Source: an uncultured Acidobacteriota bacterium
GTDB lineage: Bacteria > Acidobacteriota > Blastocatellia > RBC074
DNA length: 64,000 bases
Reading direction: 5' to 3'
NCBI GenBank assembly: GCA_963796275.1
Contig: CAWCKY010000004.1
Span: 1,376,001 to 1,440,000 of the forward strand
Of this stretch, positions 35,610 to 47,975 are shown one piece after another (positions within the stretch are counted from its first letter, which is position 1; every line of letters begins with the position of its first letter). The notes under the pieces are model-generated. The model was not told the origin of the DNA. It saw nothing but the letters and a program-made list of their open reading frames with translations, and did no database searches. The position numbers and the translations under genes are program-made.

Positions 35610-36639
35610 ATGACCCTCTCCGAACTCGCTCAGCAAATCAAAGCAGAACTACGCGGCAACGGGCACGTTGAAATTACCGGCGCCAACTCGTTAGAGAACG
35701 CGAATTTCGGCGATGTAACCTTTGCCGCCGACACCGCACGATTGAATCAGGCGCGGGATTGCGAAGCCTCCGGTTTAATCGTGCCGGCGAAACTGGCAGA
35801 GAGATCCTCGGATCGCCAGCCGCAACCTGCTCATCGCCGGTGACGCAAAGCTCGCGTTCGCCCGTGCAATCAGCGTTTTTTATGCGAAGCCTTATGTGTC
35901 CCGCGGAGTGAGCCCTGACTTTGTCCTGGGCGAGAATTCTCGGCTCGGCGATGACTGCTCCATACTACCGCGCGTTACAATCGGACGTAATTCGACGATC
36001 GGAGACCGCGTGACGCTCTATCCTGGAGTGTGCCTCGGCGATCACGTCAAAATCGGCGATGACACTGTGATATTCCCCAACGTGGTCGTTTACGATGGCG
36101 CAGAGATCGGCGCGCGCTGCCGTATTCACAGCGGCACTGTAATCGGGGCGGACGGATTCAGCTTCACCCCTGACGAAGTAGGTCAGCAAGTCAAGCTGCT
36201 GCAAGTAGGGCGCGTGGTGATAGAGGACGACGTTGAGATCGGCGCCAACTGTTGCGTCGACCGCGCCGGTTTTGGTGAAACGCGCATCCGGCGGGGCGCG
36301 AAGTTCGACAACCTCATTCAGATTGGCCATAACGTCGAGATCGGCGAAAATACCGTGGTGGCGGCCCTGGCGGGATTTTCCGGCGGAACGAAAGTCGGCC
36401 GCAACTGCATAATCGCCGGCCAGATCGGCACCAACCAGCACATTACCATCGGCGAGGGTGCTATCATTACTGCGCGAACCGGCGTCACAAAAAGCGTCGA
36501 GCCGGGCAAGCTGATGGGCGGGATGATGCCGGCACAGGATTATCAACAATGGCGCAGAGCGCAGGTTTTATATTCCCGTTTACCAGAATTGTTTGAGAGA
36601 TTGAAGAAGCTGGAGCAAAGTCGCGAAGCCCAGGATTGA
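35610..36639 (+). CDS. lpxD: UDP-3-O-acylglucosamine N-acyltransferase LpxD, frameshifted near 35800
   Basis: N-terminus MTLSELAQ...GDVTF in one frame; [34 protein letters not shown] in the +1 frame. Confidence 0.88.
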
Positions 36640-36877
36640 AGATAGGCCGGCATTTCCTGGTCTTCATTTATCAAGTTCTTTGCACGGAAGCCGCATTTTT
36701 CTTCCACGCGTTGCGACATTATCAATTCAACCGTGAGTTTCAACGGCAGTTCAATTCGCGGAGACATACGAGATTTATGCGCGGCGCGGCGCGACCGTAC
36801 GTTCTTGGCTGCTCATGCTCAATCCTGGCAGCGCACACAATTTCAGACAGGCAAATCAGACAAGCAAAGAAGACGAG

Positions 36878-37312
36878 ATGGACATCAACGAGATACAGAA
36901 AATCATCCCTCACCGTTACCCGATGCTTCTCATCGATCGCGTAATTGAGCTGGAGCCGCTCAAGCGGATTGTGGCAATCAAAAACATTACGATGAACGAA
37001 CACGTTTTTCAGGGCCACTTTCCCGGAGCACCGGTTCTGCCGGGCGTCTACATCATTGAGGCGATGGCGCAGGCCGGCGCGGTCCTGCTCTTCCGCGAAG
37101 TGCCCAATCGCGAAAACAAGCTGCTCTATTTCACCGGGATCGAAGAAGCAAAATTCCGTAAACCGGTCCGTCCCGGAGATCAGCTTAGAATTGAAGTCTC
37201 TGTCATCAAATACAAATTGGGTTATGCAAAACTGCGGGCAGAGGCTACCGTAGATAGCAAACTTGTCACGGAGGCCGTCATCACCTCTGCACTGGTCGAA
37301 AGACCGAGCTGA
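36878..37312 (+). CDS. fabZ: 3-hydroxyacyl-ACP dehydratase FabZ
   Basis: IPHRYPMLLIDRV, FQGHFPG.PVLPGV.IIEAMAQ. Confidence 0.95.
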   Translation: MDINEIQKIIPHRYPMLLIDRVIELEPLKRIVAIKNITMNEHVFQGHFPGAPVLPGVYIIEAMAQAGAVLLFREVPNRENKLLYFTGIEEAKFRKPVRPGDQLRIEVSVIKYKLGYAKLRAEATVDSKLVTEAVITSALVERPS

Positions 37313-37394
37313 AAATCCGGTGTCTGCCGGAGGAGACCTCGACTCTGAATCTCAGAATTGATGTTTTCAGACTCCGCCACCGGAATTTTGCCTT

Positions 37395-38165
37395 ATGATT
37401 CATCCCACAGCAATTGTCAGTTTGCGCGCACAGATCGGCGCGAACGTCGCGATCGGCCCGTATTCGCTTATCGGTGAAGAAGTGGTTATCGCGGAAGATG
37501 TCGAAATAGCAGGGCACGTCGTTATCGAAGGGCCGTGTGAAATCGGAAAAGGAACTCGTATCTACCCCTTTTCCGCTATCGGCCTTCCACCACAAGACCT
37601 CAAGTTCAAGGGCGAGAAAACTCGTCTGATCATCGGTGCGCGAAATATCATACGCGAGCACGTAACGATGAATCGCGGCACGGAAGGGGGCGGTGGCCTG
37701 ACTTCCGTCGGCGATGACAACCTGTTCATGACGCAAAGCCACATAGCGCACGATTGCATCGTCGGCTCGCACAACATTTTCGCAAACGGGGCATCGCTGG
37801 CCGGTCACCTGACGATGGGTGACCATATAAACATCGGTGCACATACCGGCGTGCATCAATTCTGCCGAATCGGCAATTATGCATTTATCGGCGCGTATTC
37901 CAAGATCGTAAAGGACGCCCTGCCCTACGCCAAGATCGACGGCAAAAAGGCGAAATGTTATGGGCCAAACACAATGGGATTGCAGCGCAAAGGATTTTCC
38001 GACGAATCGATTCGCCATATCAAACACGCATTTCACCTGCTGCTTACATCAAAACTCAATACCTCCCAGGCGCTCGAACGGATCAAGGCCGAAATGTCCG
38101 GCCTGAGCGAGATCGATTATCTGGTAGAATTTATCGAGAATTCCGAGCGAGGCGTTATCAAGTAG
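37395..38165 (+). CDS. lpxA: UDP-N-acetylglucosamine acyltransferase LpxA
   Basis: MIHPTAIV, PQDLKF, HIAHDC, HQFCRIG hexapeptide repeats. Confidence 0.96.
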   Translation: MIHPTAIVSLRAQIGANVAIGPYSLIGEEVVIAEDVEIAGHVVIEGPCEIGKGTRIYPFSAIGLPPQDLKFKGEKTRLIIGARNIIREHVTMNRGTEGGGGLTSVGDDNLFMTQSHIAHDCIVGSHNIFANGASLAGHLTMGDHINIGAHTGVHQFCRIGNYAFIGAYSKIVKDALPYAKIDGKKAKCYGPNTMGLQRKGFSDESIRHIKHAFHLLLTSKLNTSQALERIKAEMSGLSEIDYLVEFIENSERGVIK

Positions 38166-38750
38166 ATGGCTGCGAGAAGATCCAGTCTCGAATTTCAACC
38201 GCTGACTCCCAATCGCTGGCGTGATTTTGAAGCCTTATTCGGCGAACGCGGCGCCTGCGGCGGCTGTTGGTGTATGTATTGGCGCCTGACGCGCTCCCAA
38301 TACAACGACGCTAAAGGTGAGAAAAACAAAAGCGCGATGAAAGCTCTGGTAGATGCGGGTGAAACTCCGGGTATTCTGGCATATGACAAGGGAGGGCCCG
38401 TCGGCTGGTGCTCTGTTGCGCCCAGACGATCGTTCTCAGCTCTTGACCGATCGCGAATTTTGAAACCCGTAGATGACCAGCCGGTATGGTCGATCGCCTG
38501 TTTCTTCGTTGATAAGAAACACAGAAGACAGGGAATCTCGGTGAAACTGCTCAAAGCTGCCATAGACTTCGTCGGCGACCGAGGCGGGCGGGTAATCGAG
38601 GGTTATCCGATAGATCCGAAAAAAGACCAGCCCGATGCGTTTATCTGGACCGGTTTGGCTTCGGCGTTTATCAAAGCCGGATTTAAGGAGGTCGTGCGGC
38701 GATCGGAATCGAGGCCGATTATGAGGTATGAAATAAGGAAGCAGCGATGA
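38166..38750 (+). CDS. GNAT family N-acetyltransferase
   Basis: GCWCMYWR, RRQGIS acetyl-CoA motif, IEGYP. Confidence 0.88.
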   Translation: MAARRSSLEFQPLTPNRWRDFEALFGERGACGGCWCMYWRLTRSQYNDAKGEKNKSAMKALVDAGETPGILAYDKGGPVGWCSVAPRRSFSALDRSRILKPVDDQPVWSIACFFVDKKHRRQGISVKLLKAAIDFVGDRGGRVIEGYPIDPKKDQPDAFIWTGLASAFIKAGFKEVVRRSESRPIMRYEIRKQR

Positions 38751-39571
38751 GATACGGATTGATAGCAGGCAACGGGCGGTTCCCTTTCCTCGTCCTCGAA
38801 GGCGCGCGCGCCGAAGGCGTCGATATGGCAGTTGCGGCTATCAAGGAAGAGACCGATCCGGAGATCGAAAAACTGGCGCAGGTCGTCGAATGGATCAGCG
38901 TCGGCCATCTCAATAAGCTCATCAAGTTTTTCACCAGACACGGTGTTTCACAGGCGATTATGGCCGGTCAGGTTAAACACGTTCAGATTTTCAAACTCAA
39001 TGCCCTCCCCGATCTGCGGATGGCTCGAATGCTCGCCCGTCTCAAACGCCGCAACACCGACGCCCTCATCGGCGCGGTCGCCGACGAGCTGGAATCGGAG
39101 GGCATCAAATTGATCGATTCGACAACATTTCTGCAACCTCACCTCGCCCGGAAAGGAGCGCTAACCAAACGCGCTCCCAATAAGCATGAAATGGAAGACA
39201 TCGAATACGGACTGCATGTCGCTCTGGAACTCGCACGATTGGATCTGGGGCAAACTATCGTTGTGAAGAACCAGGCTGTGATTGCGCTAGAAGCGATGGA
39301 AGGCACCGATGCCACGATACGCCGTGCCTCGGAACTGGTTCGCGGCCGCGCACTGACCGCAATCAAAGTCGCCAAGCCCAATCAGGACATGCGGTTCGAT
39401 GTCCCGGTTATCGGCATGAATACTATCGAGACGCTGAAGGCCTGTAACGTCACGGCGATGTCAGTGACGGCCGATAAAACGCTTCTCATCGACCGCGATG
39501 AGGCCATCGCAGCCGCAAACAAGAATCGCATTGCAATTATCGGGATGGGAGACATTAGCCAACAGCCATAA
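38747..39571 (+). CDS. lpxI: UDP-2,3-diacylglucosamine diphosphatase LpxI
   Basis: GLIAGNGRFP, DLGQT, EAMEGTD, KPNQDMRFDVPVIG. Confidence 0.93.
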   Translation: MRYGLIAGNGRFPFLVLEGARAEGVDMAVAAIKEETDPEIEKLAQVVEWISVGHLNKLIKFFTRHGVSQAIMAGQVKHVQIFKLNALPDLRMARMLARLKRRNTDALIGAVADELESEGIKLIDSTTFLQPHLARKGALTKRAPNKHEMEDIEYGLHVALELARLDLGQTIVVKNQAVIALEAMEGTDATIRRASELVRGRALTAIKVAKPNQDMRFDVPVIGMNTIETLKACNVTAMSVTADKTLLIDRDEAIAAANKNRIAIIGMGDISQQP

Positions 39572-39623
39572 CTGCGTATATAAGGACAATACTGTCTCGT
39601 TATGATCGCCGCCACCGGTCTCC

Positions 39624-40058
39624 TTATTTCTCATTTTTCGTTCTACGCATGAAAGCGGCGTACTTGGGCGGAAAGGCCTTCGCCTTCCCCTGACCATTCA
39701 TCACGATGTGATGCGTTTCTCCCTCTGCCAATAGAATCCGATCGGACGCGCGTAAAATCTCATATGCGAAACTGATCGCGCGGCTGCGCAATTCGATGAC
39801 TTTCGTTCGTATCAATATTTCATCGTCATATTTCGCCGGAACACGATATTTGACGCTCACCTCGGTTACCGGCAAAAAAGCATCCGCCTCATACTCCATA
39901 TCGCGATAGTTAAAACCGTAATCGCGGCACAGCTCAACCCGTCCGACTTCAAACCAGATTAAATAATTCGAGTGATAAACTACACCCGCCTGATCGGTCT
40001 CGGCATAACGCACTCGCAGTCGAGTTTCGCACCATTCGTGATCTTCAGCAGCGCTCAT
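39624..40058 (-). CDS. Acyl-CoA thioesterase (YbgC/FcbC family)
   Basis: RVRYAETDQAGVVYHSNYLIWFEVGR. Confidence 0.92.
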   Translation of the reverse strand: MSAAEDHEWCETRLRVRYAETDQAGVVYHSNYLIWFEVGRVELCRDYGFNYRDMEYEADAFLPVTEVSVKYRVPAKYDDEILIRTKVIELRSRAISFAYEILRASDRILLAEGETHHIVMNGQGKAKAFPPKYAAFMRRTKNEK

Positions 40059-40105
40059 AGATGCTTTTTGCGGTTTTAATCCTTTATCTGAATTATAATT
40101 TAGGC

Positions 40106-40210
40106 GTCGGTTGACGGCAGTCGGTTGTCGGTTCGTAGCTGCCAATCAAAGTTAGCTCCCCAAAGTTACCGACAATCGACGGCGAACCGATAACCGACTA
40201 CCGTCAACCG
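40106..40210. repeat. Inverted heptamer arrays (GTCGGTT)n ... (AACCGAC)n
   Basis: 40108-40135 matches the reverse complement of 40183-40210 at 26/28. Confidence 0.85.
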
Positions 40211-40241
40211 GGCTACCGTTGTTTAACCCGAAAGGAAGTAC

Positions 40242-41576
40242 ATGTCAAAACGAATTCGGATAGCAATTACCTGTTCCCTGCTGCTCTTCATAACATTTCA
40301 CAGCGTGCCCGTCGCGCAACAACCGGCCAGGCCGGGCGCCGGGCCGGCCCTGGAGAATGCCGCCGGAACCGCGGACGTCCTCGCTACAACCAACGAAATC
40401 CTGGACGAAGTGAGCCAGATGCGCGGACTCAAAATCCTCAAGCCCGTCAAGAGCGGCGTCAAGTCGCGCAGCGAAATTGAGCAGGAGATCATCAAGAATT
40501 TCGAGGAGTCTATCAAGCCCGAAGAACTCTATGCGAGCACCAAGACGCTCATCGCCTATGGGCTTGTGCCTAAAGACTTCGATTATCGCGAGATGATGAT
40601 CAGGCTGCTGACCGAGCAGGTCGCGGGTTTCTACCGTCCGAAATCGAAAGAACTGTTTATCGCCGACTGGAACGAATTGAGCGAGCAAAAGCCCGTGATG
40701 GCCCACGAACTGACGCACGCGCTGCAGGATCAACATTTCAATCTGAAGCGTTTTGAAGAATGGCCGCGCGGCGACAGCGATCGAGAGTTGGCGATTCACG
40801 CGCTGATCGAGGGCGATGCGACTGGTGTTATGTATAACTATCAGCTCAAACCGATGAAAAGTGATATCACGCGCCTGCCTAACCTCGCCAATTTCGCCGA
40901 CTTTACCCAGAAGCAGGCGGAAAAAGAGAACCAGAAGGTATTCCTCTCGACGCCCGCCGCAATCCGCGAATCTCTGATCTTCCCCTATGTTTATGGCGTC
41001 GGCTTCGTGCAGGAGCTGGTCAAAAATAGCGGATGGGAAGGCGTTTCGGCCGCATTCACCGATTTACCGCAATCGAGCGAACAGATCATCCACTTCGATA
41101 AATACAGATCGCGCGAACGGCCGGTCAAAATCGAAATGACGGACATCGCGTCATTACTCGGATCGGGCTGGAAGCGACTCGATGCCGACATAAACGGAGA
41201 ATTCGGGTATTTTCTGGTCCTCAGCGAATTCATCGAGAAGAGTGACGCGCGAACCGCGTCGGAAGGCTGGGGCGGAGATATTTACACGCTTTACGAAAAC
41301 CGCGGGACCGGCAAACTGCTGCTCGTTCAGTTGAGCTCCTGGGATACGGTGAAAGACGCCGAAGAGTTCTTTCAGGCTTATGCTAAACGTACGGCGACAC
41401 GCTATCCGCAGGCCAAAGCGAATAAGGATTCGACCGCCAGCGAACACGATTTTCAAACGCCCGATGGCAGGACCGTCATCCAGCTACGCAACAAATCGGT
41501 GCTTATCATTGAAGGCATACCAACAGAAAATAATGAGCGTTTAGCGAAACTGTCTGATGCCTTATGGAAGAGATAA
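40242..41576 (+). CDS. Exported putative zinc metalloprotein (HExxH)
   Basis: Signal peptide; AHELTHALQDQHF then ALIEGDA; FPY..G; GWGGD. Confidence 0.75.
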   Translation: MSKRIRIAITCSLLLFITFHSVPVAQQPARPGAGPALENAAGTADVLATTNEILDEVSQMRGLKILKPVKSGVKSRSEIEQEIIKNFEESIKPEELYASTKTLIAYGLVPKDFDYREMMIRLLTEQVAGFYRPKSKELFIADWNELSEQKPVMAHELTHALQDQHFNLKRFEEWPRGDSDRELAIHALIEGDATGVMYNYQLKPMKSDITRLPNLANFADFTQKQAEKENQKVFLSTPAAIRESLIFPYVYGVGFVQELVKNSGWEGVSAAFTDLPQSSEQIIHFDKYRSRERPVKIEMTDIASLLGSGWKRLDADINGEFGYFLVLSEFIEKSDARTASEGWGGDIYTLYENRGTGKLLLVQLSSWDTVKDAEEFFQAYAKRTATRYPQAKANKDSTASEHDFQTPDGRTVIQLRNKSVLIIEGIPTENNERLAKLSDALWKR

Positions 41577-41655
41577 ATGAAATTTCTCGGTTTTCAGTTT
41601 TCGTGCAAGATGACCTCGAGTAAACCTGAATACCGCAACCGAAAAACCGTTTTCC

Positions 41656-43275
<1,620 letters not shown>

Positions 43276-43394
43276 AGGCTGGGTAAACCGCGATTATAGG
43301 TGTTAAGATAGCTGCGAATTATAAGTTTTCCGTTGCTGTATGATTTCAGAGCCACCCAATGAATAACGGAAAAACACGTTCTGAGGTATAAGCG

Positions 43395-43919
43395 ATGATC
43401 GAACTCTACCTGATGCGTCATGGAATTGCCGCTGATCTCGGTGAAGGCGGCGTGTTAAAAGACGCTGACAGGCCGTTGACGCTAGATGGCCGCGCTCGCA
43501 TAAAACAGGCGGCAACAGGGATACGCGAGCTAGCTATTAAGTTCAATTTGATCCTGACCAGCCCTCTGTTACGTTCCCGCCAAACAGCCGAGGCAGTCGC
43601 GGAAGTTCTCGACCTTCAACACAAGGTTAAAATACTCGATTCACTCGCGCCCGGCCGCGCATTCGTCGAGAGCGAGGGAAAGACCGCCGAGATATTTCTG
43701 GAGCTCGGCGCTTATCAATTTGATCGCGCGCTGCTGGTAGGACACATGCCCGATCTCTCGGAGCTCGCTTCCCTTCTCCTCACAGGCAACCGCAATCTCA
43801 ACATCGAATTCAAGAAAGGCTCGATCTGTGCCATCGAAGTCGCCAGCCTTCCGCCGCGCGGCCCCGGGTTATTGCGCTGGTTGATGGCGCCTAAACACCT
43901 CAGGCTTCTCGGAAAATGA
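43395..43919 (+). CDS. sixA: Phosphohistidine phosphatase SixA
   Basis: [29 protein letters not shown]. Confidence 0.9.
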   Translation: MIELYLMRHGIAADLGEGGVLKDADRPLTLDGRARIKQAATGIRELAIKFNLILTSPLLRSRQTAEAVAEVLDLQHKVKILDSLAPGRAFVESEGKTAEIFLELGAYQFDRALLVGHMPDLSELASLLLTGNRNLNIEFKKGSICAIEVASLPPRGPGLLRWLMAPKHLRLLGK

Positions 43920-43923
43920 AATT

Positions 43924-44475
43924 ATGAATCCCTGGCATGCGGTAGAGCTCGGGGTGATGGCTCCCGAGATATTCAATTGTATTATCGAGATTCCGATCGG
44001 ATCCACGGTTAAATACGAGCTGGATAAGCCAACCGGTTTATTGCGCGTAGACCGCGTACTCTTCAGCGCCGTCCACTACCCGGCCAATTATGGCTTTCTG
44101 CCGCGCACGTATTGCGATGACGGCGATCCGCTCGATGTGCTGGTGCTAGGACAGGAAGCAGTCACGCCTTTGTGTATTATGCGCGCCAAAGCCATCGGCG
44201 TGATGCAGATGATCGATCAGAATGAAGAGGACGACAAGATCATAGCAGTCCACGCAGACGATCCCGAATACCGCGATTATCGCGATATTTCGGAACTTCC
44301 CGAACATCGCCTCAAAGCGGTCAGACGATTCTTCGAGGATTACAAGGCGCTGGAGTTGAAGCAGGTGAAGGTGGAGAGGTTTATGGGACGTTTCGACGCA
44401 ATCAATATTATTGAGCGGAGCATCAAGCTCTACGCCGACATGAAGCATGAATTGATCAAACCGACAAGCTATTGA
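43924..44475 (+). CDS. ppa: Inorganic pyrophosphatase (family I)
   Basis: KYELDK, YPANYG, DGDPLDV, DDKII. Confidence 0.96.
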   Translation: MNPWHAVELGVMAPEIFNCIIEIPIGSTVKYELDKPTGLLRVDRVLFSAVHYPANYGFLPRTYCDDGDPLDVLVLGQEAVTPLCIMRAKAIGVMQMIDQNEEDDKIIAVHADDPEYRDYRDISELPEHRLKAVRRFFEDYKALELKQVKVERFMGRFDAINIIERSIKLYADMKHELIKPTSY

Positions 44476-44626
44476 AGCCGGCCTGGAAGATCAATATCCC
44501 GTTGTGCAAGATCGAAAACGTCCTTATCAAAATTCAACCGCGAGCGGTTTCATATGCTGCATCCAGCCAGAGCCTTACCAATGAATGTGCCTCGATCCAT
44601 CGAGTAGATTTCTCCTCTGGAGGAAT

Positions 44627-45457
44627 CTATTTTTTACTTTGTTCCAGATAATCTGCCAGCGCAAGGACCATCGGCCCCATCTTGGGATGTGAAGGCTCGA
44701 CAGCCGGCGCTACCCCCAGAGATCGCAAAACCGAAGTGCAGGTCGGGCCGACTGAGGCGATAATGAGCTTCTTCAGAGCTTCTCTCAGTTCTCCCTCCTT
44801 GCCAGCATCGGCCGCGAGCTGGAACAGGTGGCGCGCCTGAATCTGGCTGGTGAAAGCGATGGCATCGAATTCTTCGCTGATGATTTGGTCTATCAGTCTT
44901 TCGAGCGGGCCGATATCTTCCGGCAATCTCCATTCGTAGAGACATAATTCCCGTAACTTCGCACTACGCCCGGTGAGCTCCTGGGCCAGCGTTTCATTGC
45001 GTTCGCCATAGTTCAGAACCGCGACGGTTTTGCCTGCAAGATCGAGCGGCCGTAGCGCCGCGCACAACTCCGCCGTCGTGAACGGTTCTTTCACGCCGTT
45101 GTCCGGTTTCAAGCCGTTCCGCGCGAGAACCGCCGTTGGTTTCGGCCCGCGTGCAACGATCGTCGTTTTTCCCAAGGCTATGAGCAGTTCATCCTTGCGC
45201 TTCAGCCTATCGGCCTCATCAATCAGCCTCGTCACGCCGACGCCCGTCTGGAAAATTATCAGGTCAATCGATCCGGCCGTCAGATCCTCGATCAATGCGT
45301 TGACATCTGCGCTCAACGAGGCGGCATTATCAACCGTTACTTCACGCACTGCCGGCACGCAGATCGGCTCGCCGCCATTTCGGCGAACGAGATTTGCCAG
45401 CTCGCTGTTCATTCGCGCTTCGAGCAGAACAATTTTTGCGCCTGCTAGATCAGCCAT
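44627..45457 (-). CDS. hemD: Uroporphyrinogen-III synthase
   Basis: FQTGVG, ARGPK, YEW, FTSQIQ, SVGPTC, HPKMGPMV. Confidence 0.88.
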   Translation of the reverse strand: MADLAGAKIVLLEARMNSELANLVRRNGGEPICVPAVREVTVDNAASLSADVNALIEDLTAGSIDLIIFQTGVGVTRLIDEADRLKRKDELLIALGKTTIVARGPKPTAVLARNGLKPDNGVKEPFTTAELCAALRPLDLAGKTVAVLNYGERNETLAQELTGRSAKLRELCLYEWRLPEDIGPLERLIDQIISEEFDAIAFTSQIQARHLFQLAADAGKEGELREALKKLIIASVGPTCTSVLRSLGVAPAVEPSHPKMGPMVLALADYLEQSKK

Positions 45458-45874
45458 TATTTAAAATCAATCGAGCCTTTCGAATAATCCATGTTCATTG
45501 ACCAAATGCAAGGCAATTCGTGTTACCAATTCGTCCGACGAAATCATATACGCGTTCGAGATACTCCAGTCAATCCTCAAAGATCGAGAGCCGGCAAAAA
45601 ACGAGCATTCCCGATAAACGAAAAACGATCCAGACGAAAAAATAATAATTGATCACTCTCCAGCTCTTCGCCGCCCTGGTCGCATCTACTGTGTTTTCTT
45701 ATACTTAACGTCGCAGGCCGGCAACCGCGTACCGAGAAATTTTTCCGACTATATAATAAACTTTCATCTCTAACTAAACGGCGGTGCGATCCGCCGGAAA
45801 AATTTACAATTGTCTGGCCGCGGCCCCAACGCAAGCGGCCCGCAAACGTCGAGTTAAGGGGAAGCAGCTCAGAC

Positions 45875-46447
<573 letters not shown>

Positions 46448-46471
46448 TGAAAATCGCGGAGAGAGAAAAGT

Positions 46472-47119
46472 ATGAAGAACCAAGATAACCCGACCCCCTG
46501 CGGTCGCAAGGAAGACCTCGTCACCTATCTCTATGATGAAGCGAATGCCGAGGATCGCGCATCTTTCGAGCGCCATCTGGATGATTGCCGTTCTTGCCGG
46601 AGCGAGTTGAACAGTTTTGTCCGCGTTCGCGAAGATCTGTGCGCATGGGAAGTCGGCTTTTTCCCTCACACCGAGATCGCCCTCCCGAAAAATAGGATCC
46701 ATACGCTGCGTGAGTTTCTCAACTTCTTCCCGGCCTGGGCGCGCGGCACCGCATTGACGGCCGCTTCCCTGGCTCTGCTCCTGTTCGCCTTATCGTTCGC
46801 GGGCGCCAGTTTCGGGCAGATCGACGGAATGGGAAATTCTGATTCGGCGATGAATGCGGAACGGGTCGAATCTCTCGTCAAAGAAGCCGTCGCCAGAGAA
46901 CGCGAGCAGATGCGGCAGGAGTTTCGCGCGCAGATGGCTGATTATCGGGAACAGTACAAAACCGAGCACGAGTTGCAGATTAAAGCTCTGTCCGCTCAGC
47001 AAGCGGCAAAACTGGACGCAGTGAAAACCGAGTTGAAGAGATTCAACCGGCAGGAATCCTCCATCCGATCCTTCTTCGCAATGGATGATCCGGACGATCC
47101 GCAGGGAGATTTTCGATGA
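46472..47119 (+). CDS. Zinc-binding (zf-HC2) anti-sigma factor
   Basis: FERHLDDCRSCR (HxxxCxxC), TM helix; follows the ECF sigma. Confidence 0.88.
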   Translation: MKNQDNPTPCGRKEDLVTYLYDEANAEDRASFERHLDDCRSCRSELNSFVRVREDLCAWEVGFFPHTEIALPKNRIHTLREFLNFFPAWARGTALTAASLALLLFALSFAGASFGQIDGMGNSDSAMNAERVESLVKEAVAREREQMRQEFRAQMADYREQYKTEHELQIKALSAQQAAKLDAVKTELKRFNRQESSIRSFFAMDDPDDPQGDFR

Positions 47120-47886
47120 AAATAAAGACGCGAGGTATTGAATTCCCTGGGCAGCTGAAACGCGTATTCAAGCTGGCGGTGATTTTAGTCGCGCTCTTCA
47201 GTTTCGGAACAGGCGAGCTCGCAGCGCAGAGCGCTCCCATGCAAGTTTTAAAACAGCAGGGGCGAAAGCAGCGCAGACAACAGGAGCGGGCCGCGCGGCG
47301 GATCGAGCAACAGGGAGGAAACAAGCTGGCGCCGGCGGGCGATGCGGAATCCGAAGCGGCTGCCAAAGACCCGGCTCACAAAGTACAAAATAGTTTCGAT
47401 GGCATCAGCAATTCTGATCCGCGCGAGTTCAATCGCAGATTCTTCTCCAACGAAGAGCGTCAGATGGTGATTCTCGGATTCGGCAGGCCGGTTGTCTATC
47501 TGGTTATACTTCGCCAGCTCAATCTGACTGAGCAACAAAAACAGAGCATCAAAGCGATCAGCCAGCGAGTGGGCTTTCAATTGAGAACGCTTCGTCTGCA
47601 ATACGATCAACTGGATAACCAGCTGGAAGAGACGATCTATGGAGAGACCTTCGATCCGAGACAAATCGACGAGCTCTCGGCTCAGGCCGGACAAAAACAC
47701 TCAGCGATCATGAAGCTGCAAGCAGGTATAGAAGCGGAGTTCCGACAGATTCTGACCCCCGATCAACACTACGTTTTCAGACATCTGATAGGCCAGATGC
47801 TGTTGCCGCAGCGCAGGCTGCAGCCAAACCAGAATAGACAAAGAATGCAGCGGCGAATCGGAAGACCGGCGAATCCGGAAGAATAG
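47116..47886 (+). CDS. Spy/CpxP-like periplasmic protein
   Basis: LNLTEQQKQ and ILTPDQ (LTxxQ motifs); signal peptide. Confidence 0.78.
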   Translation: MKIKTRGIEFPGQLKRVFKLAVILVALFSFGTGELAAQSAPMQVLKQQGRKQRRQQERAARRIEQQGGNKLAPAGDAESEAAAKDPAHKVQNSFDGISNSDPREFNRRFFSNEERQMVILGFGRPVVYLVILRQLNLTEQQKQSIKAISQRVGFQLRTLRLQYDQLDNQLEETIYGETFDPRQIDELSAQAGQKHSAIMKLQAGIEAEFRQILTPDQHYVFRHLIGQMLLPQRRLQPNQNRQRMQRRIGRPANPEE

Positions 47887-47973
47887 TTTTAAGTTTTTAG
47901 TTTTCAGTTTTCTGTCTAAATTGCTGCCACAGTGTCTACCGAGCAACCGAATAAAAACTTAAAACTTAAAACT
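47885..47973. repeat. Inverted heptamer arrays (AGTTTTN)n ... (TTAAAAC)n
   Basis: Fills the gap between two convergent stop codons. Confidence 0.78.
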
Positions 47974-47975
47974 AT

